From the NCBI RefSeq assembly GCF_016433145.1, contig NC_058135.1, positions 279,249,876-279,313,875 of the forward strand: a DNA stretch of 64,000 nucleotides, read 5' to 3'. A program made the position numbers and the translations under genes. Origin of the DNA: Gracilinanus agilis (Eukaryota). Below, in pieces: positions 26,560 to 38,760 of the stretch; position 1 is the stretch's first letter; each line of letters begins with the position of its first letter. Below the pieces are notes generated by a model. That model was not told where the DNA came from and did no database searches. It saw nothing but the letters and a program-made list of their open reading frames with translations.

Positions 26560-26875
26560 CTCTTATAGTACTTCATGCCTGGAATCCTCTCCTTCCTCTG
26601 TTATGAGTATTCACCTCTCTGACTTTATTTAAGTCCCAAATAAAATACCATCATTAATAGGAAACTTTCTCCCACCTCTCTTAATTCTAGTGTCTTCCCT
26701 CTGTTAATCATTTTCTATTCATCCCATCTATTGCTTCCTTTGTATATATTTGTTTATTGTATCCCCTATTAGATTGTAAGCTTCATGAGGATAGGGACTG
26801 TCTTTTGCCTCTTTTTGTATACCTAGAGTTTATTGCTATATCTGGTACATAGTTGGGGCTTAATGCATATTTGTG
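26560..26875 (+). mobile_element. L2 3' end (paralog at 49880-50240)
   Basis: cctattagattgtaagcttcatgaggatagggactgtcttttgcc. Confidence 0.7.
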
Positions 26876-26956
26876 TGTCTGAAATGTGAAAATGTTTGAA
26901 AATCTCTCTCCTGATGTTCAACTTCCAATGACCAATCTCTTGTTGGACATTTCTAC

Positions 26957-27759
26957 TATAAGAATTAAATTTTAATGGTTGACTAAAATATATGAAAATT
27001 ATAGATAATATGGTAGTTGCCAATTCAAAGTATTATTGCTCAAAGTTGAAATGACCTTTAATAGCTTTTATTTACAAAAGAGGTATAAAGAGTGAAAGCA
27101 GAAAAATAACAAAAGGTAGAGAAGACATTAGCCTATCTAACTAAATATTGCTCCAATGCCCAACTCAGCTAGGACTTGTTGACCTTCAACCAAAAAACTT
27201 TCTCCAGAAGACAGGAAGGGGAAGCCAGCTATCCAATCACCCAAGTTCCCTCCAAGAGGCAGGTCAAGACAATGACTTGAGCTGAAGGTGATTCCTGACC
27301 CAACTTTCTTCTTTGAGCTGACCTTCTTCTTGAAGCTGACTTCCCTCTTGAAATCCAACTCCTTCTTAAAGCTGACTTCCTTCTTGGAGTTGACTTCTTT
27401 AGCCCCAGAAATTCAGGGACTTTTATAGTGGCTTCTTGTTTTCCAAATTGTCTAGCACTGCCCAGGGGGCAGTGTTTGTGAGAACCAGTTCTCACCTTCT
27501 GGAGGGGTGAATATTCATCAAAAGGGTTCACAGATTCCTGGCTGATTGAGTTTCTGAGGGTGCGAATTCACTAAGTGGTTTGCAAGCTCCTCCTCCTAGT
27601 TCAAGCTCATGTTGATTCAATCAAATGGTGAACAAAGGAGAGTTGATCCCGTCTTCACAAGATAGTGAGGTACTTAAGTTAGCTCCAACTAGGCAAAGAA
27701 AATAAAGGATTCCTTTTCACAAGTGTAAACTCAAAGAAAACAAAGAATTCCCTTTTACA
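26957..27759 (-). mobile_element. Solo LTR (ERV1-like)
   Basis: T(A)...CA ends, 4-bp TSD ctac/ctag, internal ~20-bp tandem repeat at 27315-27398. Empty site in unit B near 50290. Related to 51089-52012. Confidence 0.8.
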
Positions 27760-28364
27760 CTAGTAGTTGTCCTTGAGGCATCTCAAAAATTGTACATTCA
27801 GTTAACTGTCAAAACTTTTTTCTGTCTCCTCTTCTGCTCTAAGACAACAATCTTAAACCAAGCTATCATCAATCTTGTACTTCTGTAGTAGTCTCCTAAT
27901 CAGTCTCTTTTTCCCCCCATCTCTCCAATATGCCCTCTGTATTGCTATGAAATCCATGATGAAATCAATCTTCCAAATCCCAAATATGACACTGTCCCTT
28001 ATCTCCATGAGAATCTTTAGGGGACTCGATTCTCTCTATGAAAAACCACTTCATATTGGTATTGAAAATTCTGCATAATTTGGCTCCAGGTTATTCTTCT
28101 TCATACTTATTTGATGGAATGCCCCTTAATGTACTTACATTCCAGCCAACTTGTCCTATTTGCTATTCCCTGAGCTCAGCATTCAATATCTCACCGCTCT
28201 GCCTTTACCACAGCTGTTCCCTGTACTTATAATTCACTCTTCACTAACTTTTCCTTCCTGGGATTTAAAGCCTTCATTAAGGCTCTGCTTATTTCTCATA
28301 TTCTTTGAAAATCCTTTTCTGAACCTCTTAGTTTTCAGTGATTTCTCCTTACTCAAAGTTAGTA

Positions 28365-28800
28365 GGTTGTTGTCTGTCATACCTGAAGAGGACCAAAATA
28401 ACATCAGTATTGGTGATGTCTTTGATTCATACATAAATCAGACTTAAGTGAGTCAGAGTTCCTCAAAGTCACTGACCTCATCTCTCTTCCAGAGTCATTG
28501 AGGTCTAGAGTCTAGGCAAAAGTCAAGATGACTGGTGATGGCTCAGATTGCAGTGGATGACCTTGATTACTCTGATGTCTTTCCAACTCCACAGTACTTG
28601 CTTTGGCCACCTTCATAGCCACTGAAAGACATTGTTCTTATCTGCCCCTTCTACTGGGAAAAGTCTTCATATACCTAGGGTAGACACCCACTTAATTCAG
28701 AGAATTCATTGAAGGGTTGAGGCATGTTGGTTATCCTCCACCTGGTTTAATTCACCAGGCAAGATGATGGAGCCTCTTGGAGCCATAGGGGAGAGCTGGG
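28365..28800. mobile_element. RTE-related marsupial SINE (WALLSI-like), unit A only
   Basis: gttgttgtctgtc...gaagaggacca...gacttaagtgag...caaagtcactgacctc. Flanking caaagt duplication. Absent in unit B near 50900. Confidence 0.5.
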
Positions 28801-29676
28801 TTAAGATTATTCAAAGTAACATTCATTTACCTGTTTTCATATTGCATTTGCTAGTAGGATATAATAGCTTGTTTAAATTAAATTTCATCTAAAATAAAAT
28901 ACTTTTCATTGGAGTCATTGTGTTCTCAATATATAGCACAACACTTTGCATGTAGTAGGAGCTTAATAAATAAATGGTGGATTGAATTAAATAGCAAAGG
29001 GATAAACCCTTCTCACCCATTTATACCCACAGCTGTTCATATTCAAATACATTGAGGAGAAATATTAGGAGATTGCTATAGATTAAAGTAATCTAAATCA
29101 GAGATTTGTCCTTCATAGTCTGATATTGCTGAATTCCTTTTAATATCCAAAAGACTATAAGGACTGAAAGACAGGGACCATTTCTTATGTACTTGATCTA
29201 TACTAATCCCCACTGTTAGTAACAATGTTCTCTAACTTTGTTAGAACATAGAAATTTGTTTTGCACTTCATTAACATTAACACTTTGTATGCAATGTTCT
29301 CTGAAACTAATTTTGCATGACAGGATCCTTCTTGAAGTGCAAGGCTTAGGTAAATATGAGGGGCCACTACTTTTCTAACTTGTTTCTTCTCTACCGATGC
29401 ACTTCCTGCTTATAGCCTAGAAACTTCAGTATTTAATCCTTCCCAGAAGAGGGGTGGCAACAACTCCCCTCAGAAGCACACAAATTCACAAGGATTATGA
29501 GCAGGTCAAAAAAAAGCAAATTGTTCTCATCATTCTCATCAGAAAGTAATACTTTCAATACTTTTAACAAGTCTTCTATCAGGAGGCTGGGTAACAACAG
29601 ACACTTGGAGGTCATGCCTCTAAGGTGTCTCTTTAGTTGATATAATCTTGTGTGGTGCTTCCTATACCTAATGTTC

Positions 29677-30421
29677 TGAAGGAATGCAGGTAAGGGGTAG
29701 AGTAAATTTCACGGATTAGTTTAAAGAGGAAAAGAGAAGAATCTGGATACAAGCCCTGGGAGAGGATTCTGACAAGGAGAGAAGGATTGTGGGAGTTTCC
29801 TGGCATTAACTGACAATCATTCTGGGACTCCTGTTTGACTGAAGTAGAAGGAGGTTTTGCTCTGGCAAATTTCCCTTGGTAGTCTTAAATCTTGTGAAGA
29901 GATTAGGATTCCTTGGTTGAGAGTTTGCTTTGGAGTGGACTGCCTTTTCCCTGAGGTACAGAGACCATCTGCCTGTGATCCATCTGCCAAAAATCCACAT
30001 GATCGAGGTAATCCAAGTTATTGTTAACTGGAACTTTGGGTTATCTAGTGAAGCCAACCCTAGGCTTTAGGTAAGGGCTCAAATACACCTGCGAGTCCTT
30101 CCTTCCTCTTTGTCCTTTTTGTTAATCCATATAAATTAGGATAGGTATAGTCAGATTGCTTTGGGAGTATTAGTTAAGAGCAGGGAGTTGTAGGTAGGGG
30201 CCAGAGAAGACAAGAAGGCCATCCTCCTGTGAGATGCATAGAGGTTGGGTGGAGCCTAGATTTTAATAGTGTTAGGATCTTGCCTACCAGTTTCCCTCAC
30301 TCCAACCATCAAATAAACTTGGTTTTCTGTAGGCTAAGGGTTTTTGTGCTTTAATGGCCCTGAGGAGGTTCCTAGGTGGGTTTTATCATCTCTTATTCAT
30401 CTAGGAAGGATCCTTATTTCA
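29677..30421 (+). mobile_element. Solo LTR
   Basis: TGAA...TTCA ends, perfect 4-bp TSD gttc, AATAAA near 30312. Empty site in unit B near 52685. Confidence 0.85.
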
Positions 30422-31867
30422 GTTCTTTTCTAAGGACCCTCAGGTCACCTGGTTAGGGTGTAGACCTCCCAACACTTCCCCAGATGTTATCTTTTTTTTT
30501 TTTTCCTCTGGGTATTCTCTGGAGCATCAGAACTACTTGTGTCCTCATCCTAGGCAGTATTTCAGATGGGTAGCTGGCCTCCTGTATCTCTTTTGGCTGC
30601 AATGTTCAACAGAGTCAGCTTTTGATATCTCCTTCTCTTATGCTTCTAAAATCTTGTTACTCAGAAAAGTGCTCAGTGCTGTCAAGAAAATTCTACTTTC
30701 TACCTCAGCCTTTCTTGGAGCCCATGTTAACCTCTGTGAATTATGGACTTTGATCTCATGCTATTGTCCCTCAGGATCCTTGAATATAGACTGATGATAA
30801 AAATCTATTTAATGTATTTGGAGTATATATAGAGGAAACCAGGCTCTCCATTGATGGGGATTACATGGGTTGAAATTTGCAAGTTTTTCCCCTCCTTTCT
30901 CAAATTAATCTTGATTAAATTTTCTTGATCACTCCTTGACCCTATCACTACTCATTTTGTATGGTCATGCTGTTGGCCTCTTAGTTCAATGTAAGTTCAT
31001 TGAAGGCATGGACTTGCATTAAGAAATGAATACATTTGGTTTTATACTATAAGTAAAACCCAAATACCATGGTCATTGAGCTCTTCCTGGTAATATATAA
31101 AAAATAAACAAAACCTATCTCCCAAATAACTTTACCTTGCAGCAGAGACAACATTATGCTTCTGAGAGTCATTTTTTTCATCTTGATTCACCAACACCTA
31201 GATCAGTGCCTTACAAAGAGAAGAATCTTAATAAAAGGTTTTTTTCATGAATGATAATAGTAAATCTATGTTTCTGTATTTTTTCCATTATGACTATAAT
31301 CTCCACAAGGATAGCTTCTGTCTAATCTCTAAGTTTTTGAATCTGTTCTAGAGTTAGGCACTAGAAAATGCTTAAATGAGTTTTATACTTTAGAGTCTAG
31401 CCTAGTGCTTGGTCCTTAGAAAGTGTCCAATAAATACTTGTTAAATGAATGAGTGAATGAATGAAGACCTCTCCAAAAAACTCCTTTGAACTCTAGACAA
31501 ACCTTTCTTCCCAAAGCCTCTTTCCATGGATAACACCTGACATCAATGAGCCAAAGCTCTCTGGAACTCTCCTATATTTCTACATTGATAAAGTCATTTC
31601 TTCCCCATTATCTCATGTGAACATTAAATGAGAAAAAAGTGGATATAATGTGAGGAGAGTGATTCATGTGAGGAATAATTTCTGATTGGATAGAAAGAAG
31701 CCAGTTAGTAAGAAATTCAGGCCAACTATTCAACTAACCCTTCTGGCTTCAGGCTGACTTCACTGCTTCTGAGAAAAAGAATGTCAGTTAAGGACTTTCT
31801 CTGACAGTCTGAGCCTAACCTGAGGACATCTGTATATTTTCTCCTGAGTGCTATGGAAGAAGACTAG

Positions 31868-32704
31868 TGTTATATTCACAATCTGGGAAGTGATGGATGC
31901 CACCTTGAATGACAGGGATGGCAGTTGGAAGCCTTGAAATGTTCCCAGGTGCCATAAGCCAGGGGCAAACATCAGTTGGCCCCACAGTATACATACCCCT
32001 GACAGCCACTTTGTGGAGGTCTTTCTGGAGGTCTGGACAGGAGTCTCTGGACTGGGAAAAATCTGAGTGGTGGTTGAAGGTTGGCAGGGAGGTCTATGAA
32101 GAAGAGGGCAGGAATAACTCTGAAGCTATTTCCTGATAGACTGTGAGAGCTAGTGCATCATCAACACCGATAGTGAGAAAGCTGAGAGAATAAGATCATC
32201 AATACAGCTGCACCAATAGCTTCCCTGTTCTCTGGCTTGGCTGTGGCCAGGTCTGGCCAGAGGGAGTAGAAGTGAGCAAATCTCCAGCTCTCACTTGATC
32301 AATATCCTCCAGTCCTGATTGTCAACTAGTTTATAGATAATAGATCAATAGGGTCTCTAATCCCCAATCCTTATCCTTGTTATCCTTTTCCTAAGTATAG
32401 ATAAAGAGTGTTCAACAAGTACCTTCCTGAGTGGTTTATATCATGGCCCTAGGGAAGGGAGTCAAATGCAGTTAGATCCTAAACATCATCCAAGGCAAAT
32501 CAATAGCCCAATACTAATCTATCCAATCCCAGGTTAGACCTGGAAAGGTTACCCATCTATATAACCTCTCAAGGGTCCTTCTTGGGCAACTGTTAGAAAG
32601 AAAGGGATAAATTACAGCATCATCTGCAGTTGAGTAGAATACAGATAGATACAGCAACATCATTGTACATTTATACATCTCCTTTGGACCTTTTGTTTAT
32701 AACA
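31868..32704. mobile_element. Solo LTR
   Basis: Perfect terminal inverted repeat TGTTATA...TATAACA and perfect 4-bp TSD ctag. Absent from unit B. Confidence 0.85.
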
Positions 32705-33465
32705 CTAGATAAAATGTGTTTACAGTACCACCATCAACTTCCAACAAAAGACCACTGGAGATCTTAGACTTCCAGGGGAGGAATGAAAGCCAAAAACAGT
32801 CTTGATAATGGACACTATCAGTGGACTGAATTCTGCACTCTTGTCCCAATTCTCTTCTTATTTTCATATTTGTAGCCCAATTAAATATTTTGTGTAGCTG
32901 CGTGCACACACTAGTGCACATATATGTATGTAATTATATACAATGTGTGTCCATAAGCCCAAGTCATTGTATCCAACCTGATCCAGCTCTGGTAAAGGGG
33001 TCTGTACCATCACCTGACTACAGACAGTGTGAGTGCTCCTGTAGTCTTGGTACAACCTGAAATGCTGGACCGTAAAGATTGCTGTAGACAGTATCTTCAT
33101 AATCTTGCCAGAAATTCCGATGAGTGACTGCTCGACCCCTCACCTCAAGAGAACAGCACAAAGAAATAATTCTACCTGTGCCTCCACAATTCACTCTTTG
33201 TCTACCATCAGACTTTGGTAGAGTTTCTATGTTAGTAGAGCTTTATGTTTGTTGATGTTTATTTAAGCAATGAAAGCAATAAACCTGTAAGGAGTTTCAA
33301 TAAGTATACCCTAAAAATAACCAGTCCAGAATTGGCATTATATATTCTGATGAGCCGGAGCCTTCCCTTGCAGGGAGAACTGGAGTAGGGGTTTGGGAAA
33401 TGGAAACAGAAGTAGTTAGAATACTTCATGTTTGCATTATGGGGAGACCTTAATACCAAAGGGAG

Positions 33466-33674
33466 GGGCAGCTGGGTATCTCAGTGGATTGAGAACCAGG
33501 CCTAGAGACAGGAGGTCCTAGGTTCAAATCTTGCCTCAGATACTTCCAAGCTGTGTGATCCTGGGCAAGTCACTTGACCCCCATTGCCTAGCCCTTACCA
33601 CTCTTCTGCCTTGGAACCAATACACAGTATTGATTCCAAGATGGAAGGTAAGAGTTTTTAAAAAATTAAAAAAC
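33466..33674 (+). mobile_element. SINE1_Mdo-like SINE
   Basis: TSD aataccaaaggga. Confidence 0.9.
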
Positions 33675-34052
33675 AATACCAAAGGGACTCCATCAAACTA
33701 TCTTACCTGGCATAATGGAATTAATCTTGAAGTCAGGAACTTTGCTTCTGGTACTAACTCTTTGACACTTACAATTGGTGTATTTAAGATTATGTTTGCC
33801 ATAGATTGGGATATTAATAAAAAATACTATCAAACTGTAAACTATTGGCTAAACTTAAAACAAAACCCCAGTGAACTAAATTTCTCTCTTCAATGCAGGA
33901 GCTGTCAGTAAATTCCATTAGAATCTAAATTCCTTTAAGGCAGGGACTATGAAAAAAATTTTTTTTACATCTCCAATAATTAGCACAATATCCATCATAT
34001 ACAAAGCATGTAGCAAATGCTTTTTAAATTGAATGATTCTGAGCAGGTCTGG

Positions 34053-35000
34053 TTATCTGGTACTGGTCACGACTTTTTTCAGAGCATTTTTGACATCCTT
34101 GTTCCGAAGGGTATAAATAATGGGATTGAGCAGAGGGGTGACAAAGGTATAGACCAAAGCAAGTAGCTTATCCTCATCCTCTGTGGAGCTTGATGGAGGA
34201 CGGAAGTAGACCAAACTGCAGCAGCCATATTGTATCAGGACCACAGTGAGATGGGAAGAGCAGGTGGAGAAGGCCCTCTGGCGGCCCTCAGCTGAGCGAA
34301 TATGCAAGATGGTGTTGGTGATGAAGACATAGGTGATAGAGATAAGCAGAAACGGGATGGTCAAGAGAAAGATGCTCACCACATAGACTACAGCCTGGGG
34401 AATGCGGGTGTCAGCACAGGCCAGTCTTAGGACAGGTGGCACATCACAGAAGAAGTGTTTAATCACCCTATGGTACCCACAGAAGGGCAAGGTAAAGACC
34501 AGTGCTGTGAGATTCAGGGCAAGAAAAAGAGCCAGGCATAGACAGCCAGCCACCATCTGGATACAAAGCTTCTGGGTCATGATGAGAGTATAGTGCAAGG
34601 GATGGCAGATGGCCACATAGCGGTCATATGCCATGACAGCCAGTAGGAAACAGTCAGTGCCCCCAAGGGTGACAAAAAAGAACATTTGGATCCCACAGCC
34701 AGCCAGCGAGATGGGTTTCCGGTTATCAAAGATGTTGGAGAGCATCAATGGTACCAGAGTAGTGGTGTAACAGATCTCCAGGAAGGACAGGTTGGACAGG
34801 AAGAAGTACATGGGGGTGTGTAAGGAACTATGGGTGAACACAACCCAGACAATGGCAGTATTCCCACAAAGAATCATCACATAGAGAAAGAAAAAGAAAC
34901 AGAAGAGGAGGGCCTGGAACTTTGGGGTAGCAGAAAACACTTGGAACACAAATTCAATGGGGCCAGATTGGTTGAGCTGGAGAATATTAGGAGAAGACAT
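34053..35000 (-). CDS. OR10Q1-like: Olfactory receptor, OR10Q-family paralog, intact (315 aa)
   Basis: Full 7TM OR ORF with all hallmark motifs. Close paralog of 55914-56861. Confidence 0.92.
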   Translation of the reverse strand: MSSPNILQLNQSGPIEFVFQVFSATPKFQALLFCFFFFLYVMILCGNTAIVWVVFTHSSLHTPMYFFLSNLSFLEICYTTTLVPLMLSNIFDNRKPISLAGCGIQMFFFVTLGGTDCFLLAVMAYDRYVAICHPLHYTLIMTQKLCIQMVAGCLCLALFLALNLTALVFTLPFCGYHRVIKHFFCDVPPVLRLACADTRIPQAVVYVVSIFLLTIPFLLISITYVFITNTILHIRSAEGRQRAFSTCSSHLTVVLIQYGCCSLVYFRPPSSSTEDEDKLLALVYTFVTPLLNPIIYTLRNKDVKNALKKVVTSTR

Positions 35001-35022
35001 CTCTCACCTGACAAAAAAAATG
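35001..35022 (-). promoter_or_regulatory. Splice acceptor of second OR10Q coding exon (cAG|GTGAGAG ATG)
   Basis: ttttttttgtcag at 35009-35008, 7 nt before ATG. Confidence 0.75.
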
Positions 35023-35599
35023 GAAAAATTGGTTTATTTCTAGATATTGATTCTAAGATGAAAGGTAAGGTTTAAAAAACAGAAAATAAGAGTTTAAAAA
35101 AATCAGCCCTTGTAAAGTGATTTCATATTTCTGTGGTAAATATGTTCATCCACAGAATGAAGAGATTTTATTAAATGTCCTCTAAGCACTCTCCCAACTT
35201 TGATGTTTTGTGTTCAATATTCCAAAATCACCTTTAACCTTGACATGTTCTTAGTTCAAAAAACCTTTAGTTATGCTTTTTGCTTTTATATTATCTACTC
35301 TACTCCCTGACCCTTCTAGAATGTCATATTTTATGACAAATCATTTAATAATAATAACCATTATTTATATAGCACTTTAAGTTCTATATATTAAGTACTG
35401 TAAGATATTATACATATGTTATTTCACTAGATCCTCATTATAACCCTGCAAGGTAGGGGCTATCAGTATCCCTAAGGGAACTGAGGGAATTGAAGACATG
35501 TGACTTTCCCTGAATATCTAGTGTGTGTCTGAGATCAAATTTGAATCTAGCTCTTCCTGATTCCCAGCCTACTGTACATATCCACTGCATTGTTTAGTT

Positions 35600-36840
35600 G
35601 CCCTTAAGTAATTTTTTTAATAATACAATGAAAAGAAAAATGTCACCAAAGCAGATAAACAATTTTAAAAAATCCAATATTGTATCTGATGTTCTACTCC
35701 AGTACATCCCCTATCACTGCACAGAAATAGAAGGTAGTGCCCTTTCACATCTCTTATTTGGAGCCAAGCTTGTGTTTCTGTTTTTATTTTAATTTTATAG
35801 CATTTAGTTCTTGTTGTTTTGTGATTTTAGAGTTCTCCATTTACATTGTTTATGCCTCTCTTCTCTCTGCTTACTTCACTTTACATTGGGTAATGTCAGA
35901 CTTTCTGTGCCTTTCTTTGTCATCTCGTGATTTCATATTCTACATTATATTTCACTACATTTATGCATCATGATGTGTTTAGCCTTTCTCCAAACCATGA
36001 ACATCTATTTTGTTTGTAGCTTTTCCTACCAAAAAAGTGCTGCTATAAATATTTTAAATCTTTCTTTTTGACTTCCTTGGGGTAATAGTGAAATCCCTGG
36101 GCAAAAGGTATTGCTGTTTTCATAATTTTTTTTGTATAATCCCAAATAGCTTTCCAGAATAGTTGCACAACCAATAATGAATCAATTGCCCTATCTTACC
36201 ACAATTCTTCCAACAAGGACTCATTCTCATCTTTTCTTATCTTTTTTTCCAATTTGGTGGTTGTATGTTGAAATCTCAGAATTTTTGGATTTGTGTTTCT
36301 CATATTATTGGTGGTTTGTAGCATTATTTTAGATGATGGTTGACAATTTATTTTTTTTCTTAGAGGGCTATTTGTTCAGGTAGTTTGATCAATTATTTTC
36401 TGGGGAGTGGTTTTTAGTTTCATATATTTCTACTACTTCTTTATAAATCTTATATACCAGCCTTTTGTTAGATGAATCTGTACATTTTTCATTTTTATTG
36501 ATGTTTAAGAAAATAGCTACTTTCTTACTTTTCTGATAGAGAAGCCTTAGTAGAAGTTACCAAAAGAATGTCTGGAATAACATTCTAAGAGATCTTTGAG
36601 CATGATACAGGACCTGGAAGGTACATTAGAGAATACCTCCTATGAGAGGCTGGTCTATAATATATCAATTAAATCTCTGATCAGAGATCTTTGATACAAA
36701 TAATTTCCTAAGTCATCCATTTTCCTTCTTATCCTAGATGTTTTACTTTTATTTGGACAAAAGCATTTTAATTTTGCATACTATATTTTTCTATTTTTTC
36801 TTTTGTAATTGCTTCTGTCTCCTAATTAGTCAATCCATCC
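35600..36840 (-). mobile_element. Old L1 3' fragment (paralog at about 57690-58500)
   Basis: gctgctataaatattt, tagctttccagaatagttg, tttgttcaggtagtttgatc: antisense L1 ORF2-end motifs. Confidence 0.7.
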
Positions 36841-36847
36841 TCTAAAC

Positions 36848-37039
36848 CAGTGATTCCCAAAGTGGGCACCACTGCCCCCTGGTGGGTGCTGCAGCAATCC
36901 AGGAGAGCAGTGATGGCCACAGGTGCATTTATCTTTCCTATTAATTGCTATTAAGATTTAAAAAAATAATTTCCAGGGGGCCAAGTAATATTTTTTTCTG
37001 GAAAGGGGGCGGTAGGCCAAAAAAGTTTTGGAACCACTG
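36848..37039. mobile_element. hAT MITE (192 bp)
   Basis: TIRs cagtgattcccaaa/tttggaaccactg. Perfect 8-bp TSD ctctaaac. Confidence 0.92.
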
Positions 37040-37279
37040 CTCTAAACATAGTCACCCCAAATATATGGTCTACTTGTTTTCTATTTTTATGGTGTGGTCT
37101 TTAATACTCAGATCACATATTCATTTTGAACTTGTGGAATATGGCTTAAGATGTTCTTCTAAGTCTATTTCTTGGTCATTTTCCATTTTTTCCCATGAGT
37201 TACTAACAAATAAAGAGTTCTTTCCTATGTAATTTATGTCTCCAGGCTTATCAAATACACTATATTTTATCTTCCTTAG

Positions 37280-38157
37280 TGTACTTCCAACCAGTATTAT
37301 AGAGAGCCAGCTCTATAATACCAGGGATACTGAGTGGCGTTTAATGGTGTCAGATTGAAATAGTATAGAAATTGAGAACAGTCAGTCTAATGGTTAGCTC
37401 CTAACTGCTCCAACATGCCATGGAGTCTAGAGTTTATTATATACTATTTTCACACAAAGAACACAAAGAAAAACTTTATAGCTTGTAGAGATTACAAATT
37501 ATACAAAAGAAAATCCTTTGAGGCTTCAAAGTAAAGATAGAACAGGGTCCAAGGCCGAATTCTAGCCACCTGGATATCAGTAAGCAAATTCCGAGAATAG
37601 TAACTATATTCTATAGATATATAAATGATTTGAGTCTTGTACTTTTTATCAGGAGGACTGCACCTGGTTGGATAAAGTTTTGTCTAGTTCTGGCCTTGGC
37701 TGACTTAGGATAGTCTTAGAGTTCAGTGATCTTCATTTTCTTGGAGAGAAATTGTTTACCCAGTAATTGCTGGTTTGCTTAAAGCTTTCCATTGGGACTT
37801 GGATCATAAAAGGAGTCAAAAGAAGAGTTTCAGATTTTTACCTTAGATAACCCATTCTGTCTGCATCCTGACATGTAATGCAGAAAAATCATACACACAG
37901 TTTTACTTGCTGATGATTTTATAATGGGATCCAGATAAAATATCTATCACAGATTTTTATTTCTTTTAATGACTTCCAATTTGCCTCCTGGAGGGGTCAA
38001 ATTGTTTTTTGGATTAACCAACCTGTTGGTACCAGAGCTTTTCAGGGCTTAGGATACCAGGACCAAACACAAAGACTGCTTCAGCCTGGTTTGTTCACGT
38101 AGGGAATCCAGATAAAAGGCCCTATCATGACCCTATTTCTCCATTTGGATTTCCACA
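37280..38157 (-). mobile_element. ERV 3' LTR (about 880 bp) preceded by polypurine tract
   Basis: Minus strand AAAAGAAAAAGGGGGAAATA|TGTGGAA at 38177-38157. AATAAA at 37438-37433. Ends CA at 37280, where homology to unit B host sequence resumes. Confidence 0.7.
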
Positions 38158-38301
38158 TATTTCCCCCTTTTTCTTTTAAATTGAAGTGGTTAAAATTTTT
38201 TTTTTATTAATTAGAGGAGTTATAGAGAGTGGTCATAGCTATCAGCTATAGAGAGTTTACAAACTACAGCAGGTTCTGATGGGATTCATAGATTATGGTA
38301 G

Positions 38302-38760
38302 TCAACCACGTGTCTCTCTATTGCTCTCAATATCTCTCCCTTTCTTTTTAAATTGAAGAGACTTGAGTTCAACTTGAATTTGTCTTATAGTAGAACTGAG
38401 TGATCTAATGAGGAATGGAAAGCAAAACAGAACCATAAGCAATAAGAAAAGGGCAAATCCAGCAGTACTGAGGGTGGAAATTAAATTATTATGAGAGATA
38501 TAAGATGAAATATTCTAAAAAAATAAAGAGGCCAGGTTGGGAATGGAATCAGAAATAGAAAAATGACTGATATCCGTGATTTGGTCATCTAAAGTTCTTA
38601 GATCCATAGAGGTCTCTGAATGATTCCACACACCAAGAATATGCTGTTGTATATTTTCCCAAGGAACATCTGATTGATTATAAATAAGGAGGGTCACGCA
38701 GATACACTTAAATGCTGCATGACATTTTGATTTAAATCTGACCTTTATGTTTTGTAACTG
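38302..38760 (-). pseudogene. env: Endogenous betaretrovirus-like env TM remnant
   Basis: Single frame with one internal stop: QLQNIKVRFKSKCHAAFKCICVTLLIYNQSDVPWENIQQHILGVWNHSETSMDL...LFF*NISS...AGFALFLLLMVLFCFPFLIRSLSS...KKKGRD. CX7C loop and W..I..H..G.W pattern resemble JSRV/MMTV/HERV-K TM, followed by a hydrophobic anchor. Confidence 0.85.

Noticed and set aside
29330-29640. Block conserved with 52340-52660 with a weak KYYFL / LLIVLVNL GPCR-like look
   Set aside because: Frames are inconsistent and full of stops, and no second OR motif was found. A tblastn search would be needed to rescue it as a pseudogene.
33531-33911. 126-aa ORF (similarly 9385-9826, 20035-20740, 23333-23611, 27137-27531, 58841-59131)
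   Set aside because: These lie in SINE, L1, L2, LTR or MITE sequence or in a promoter module. No independent protein similarity was recognised.
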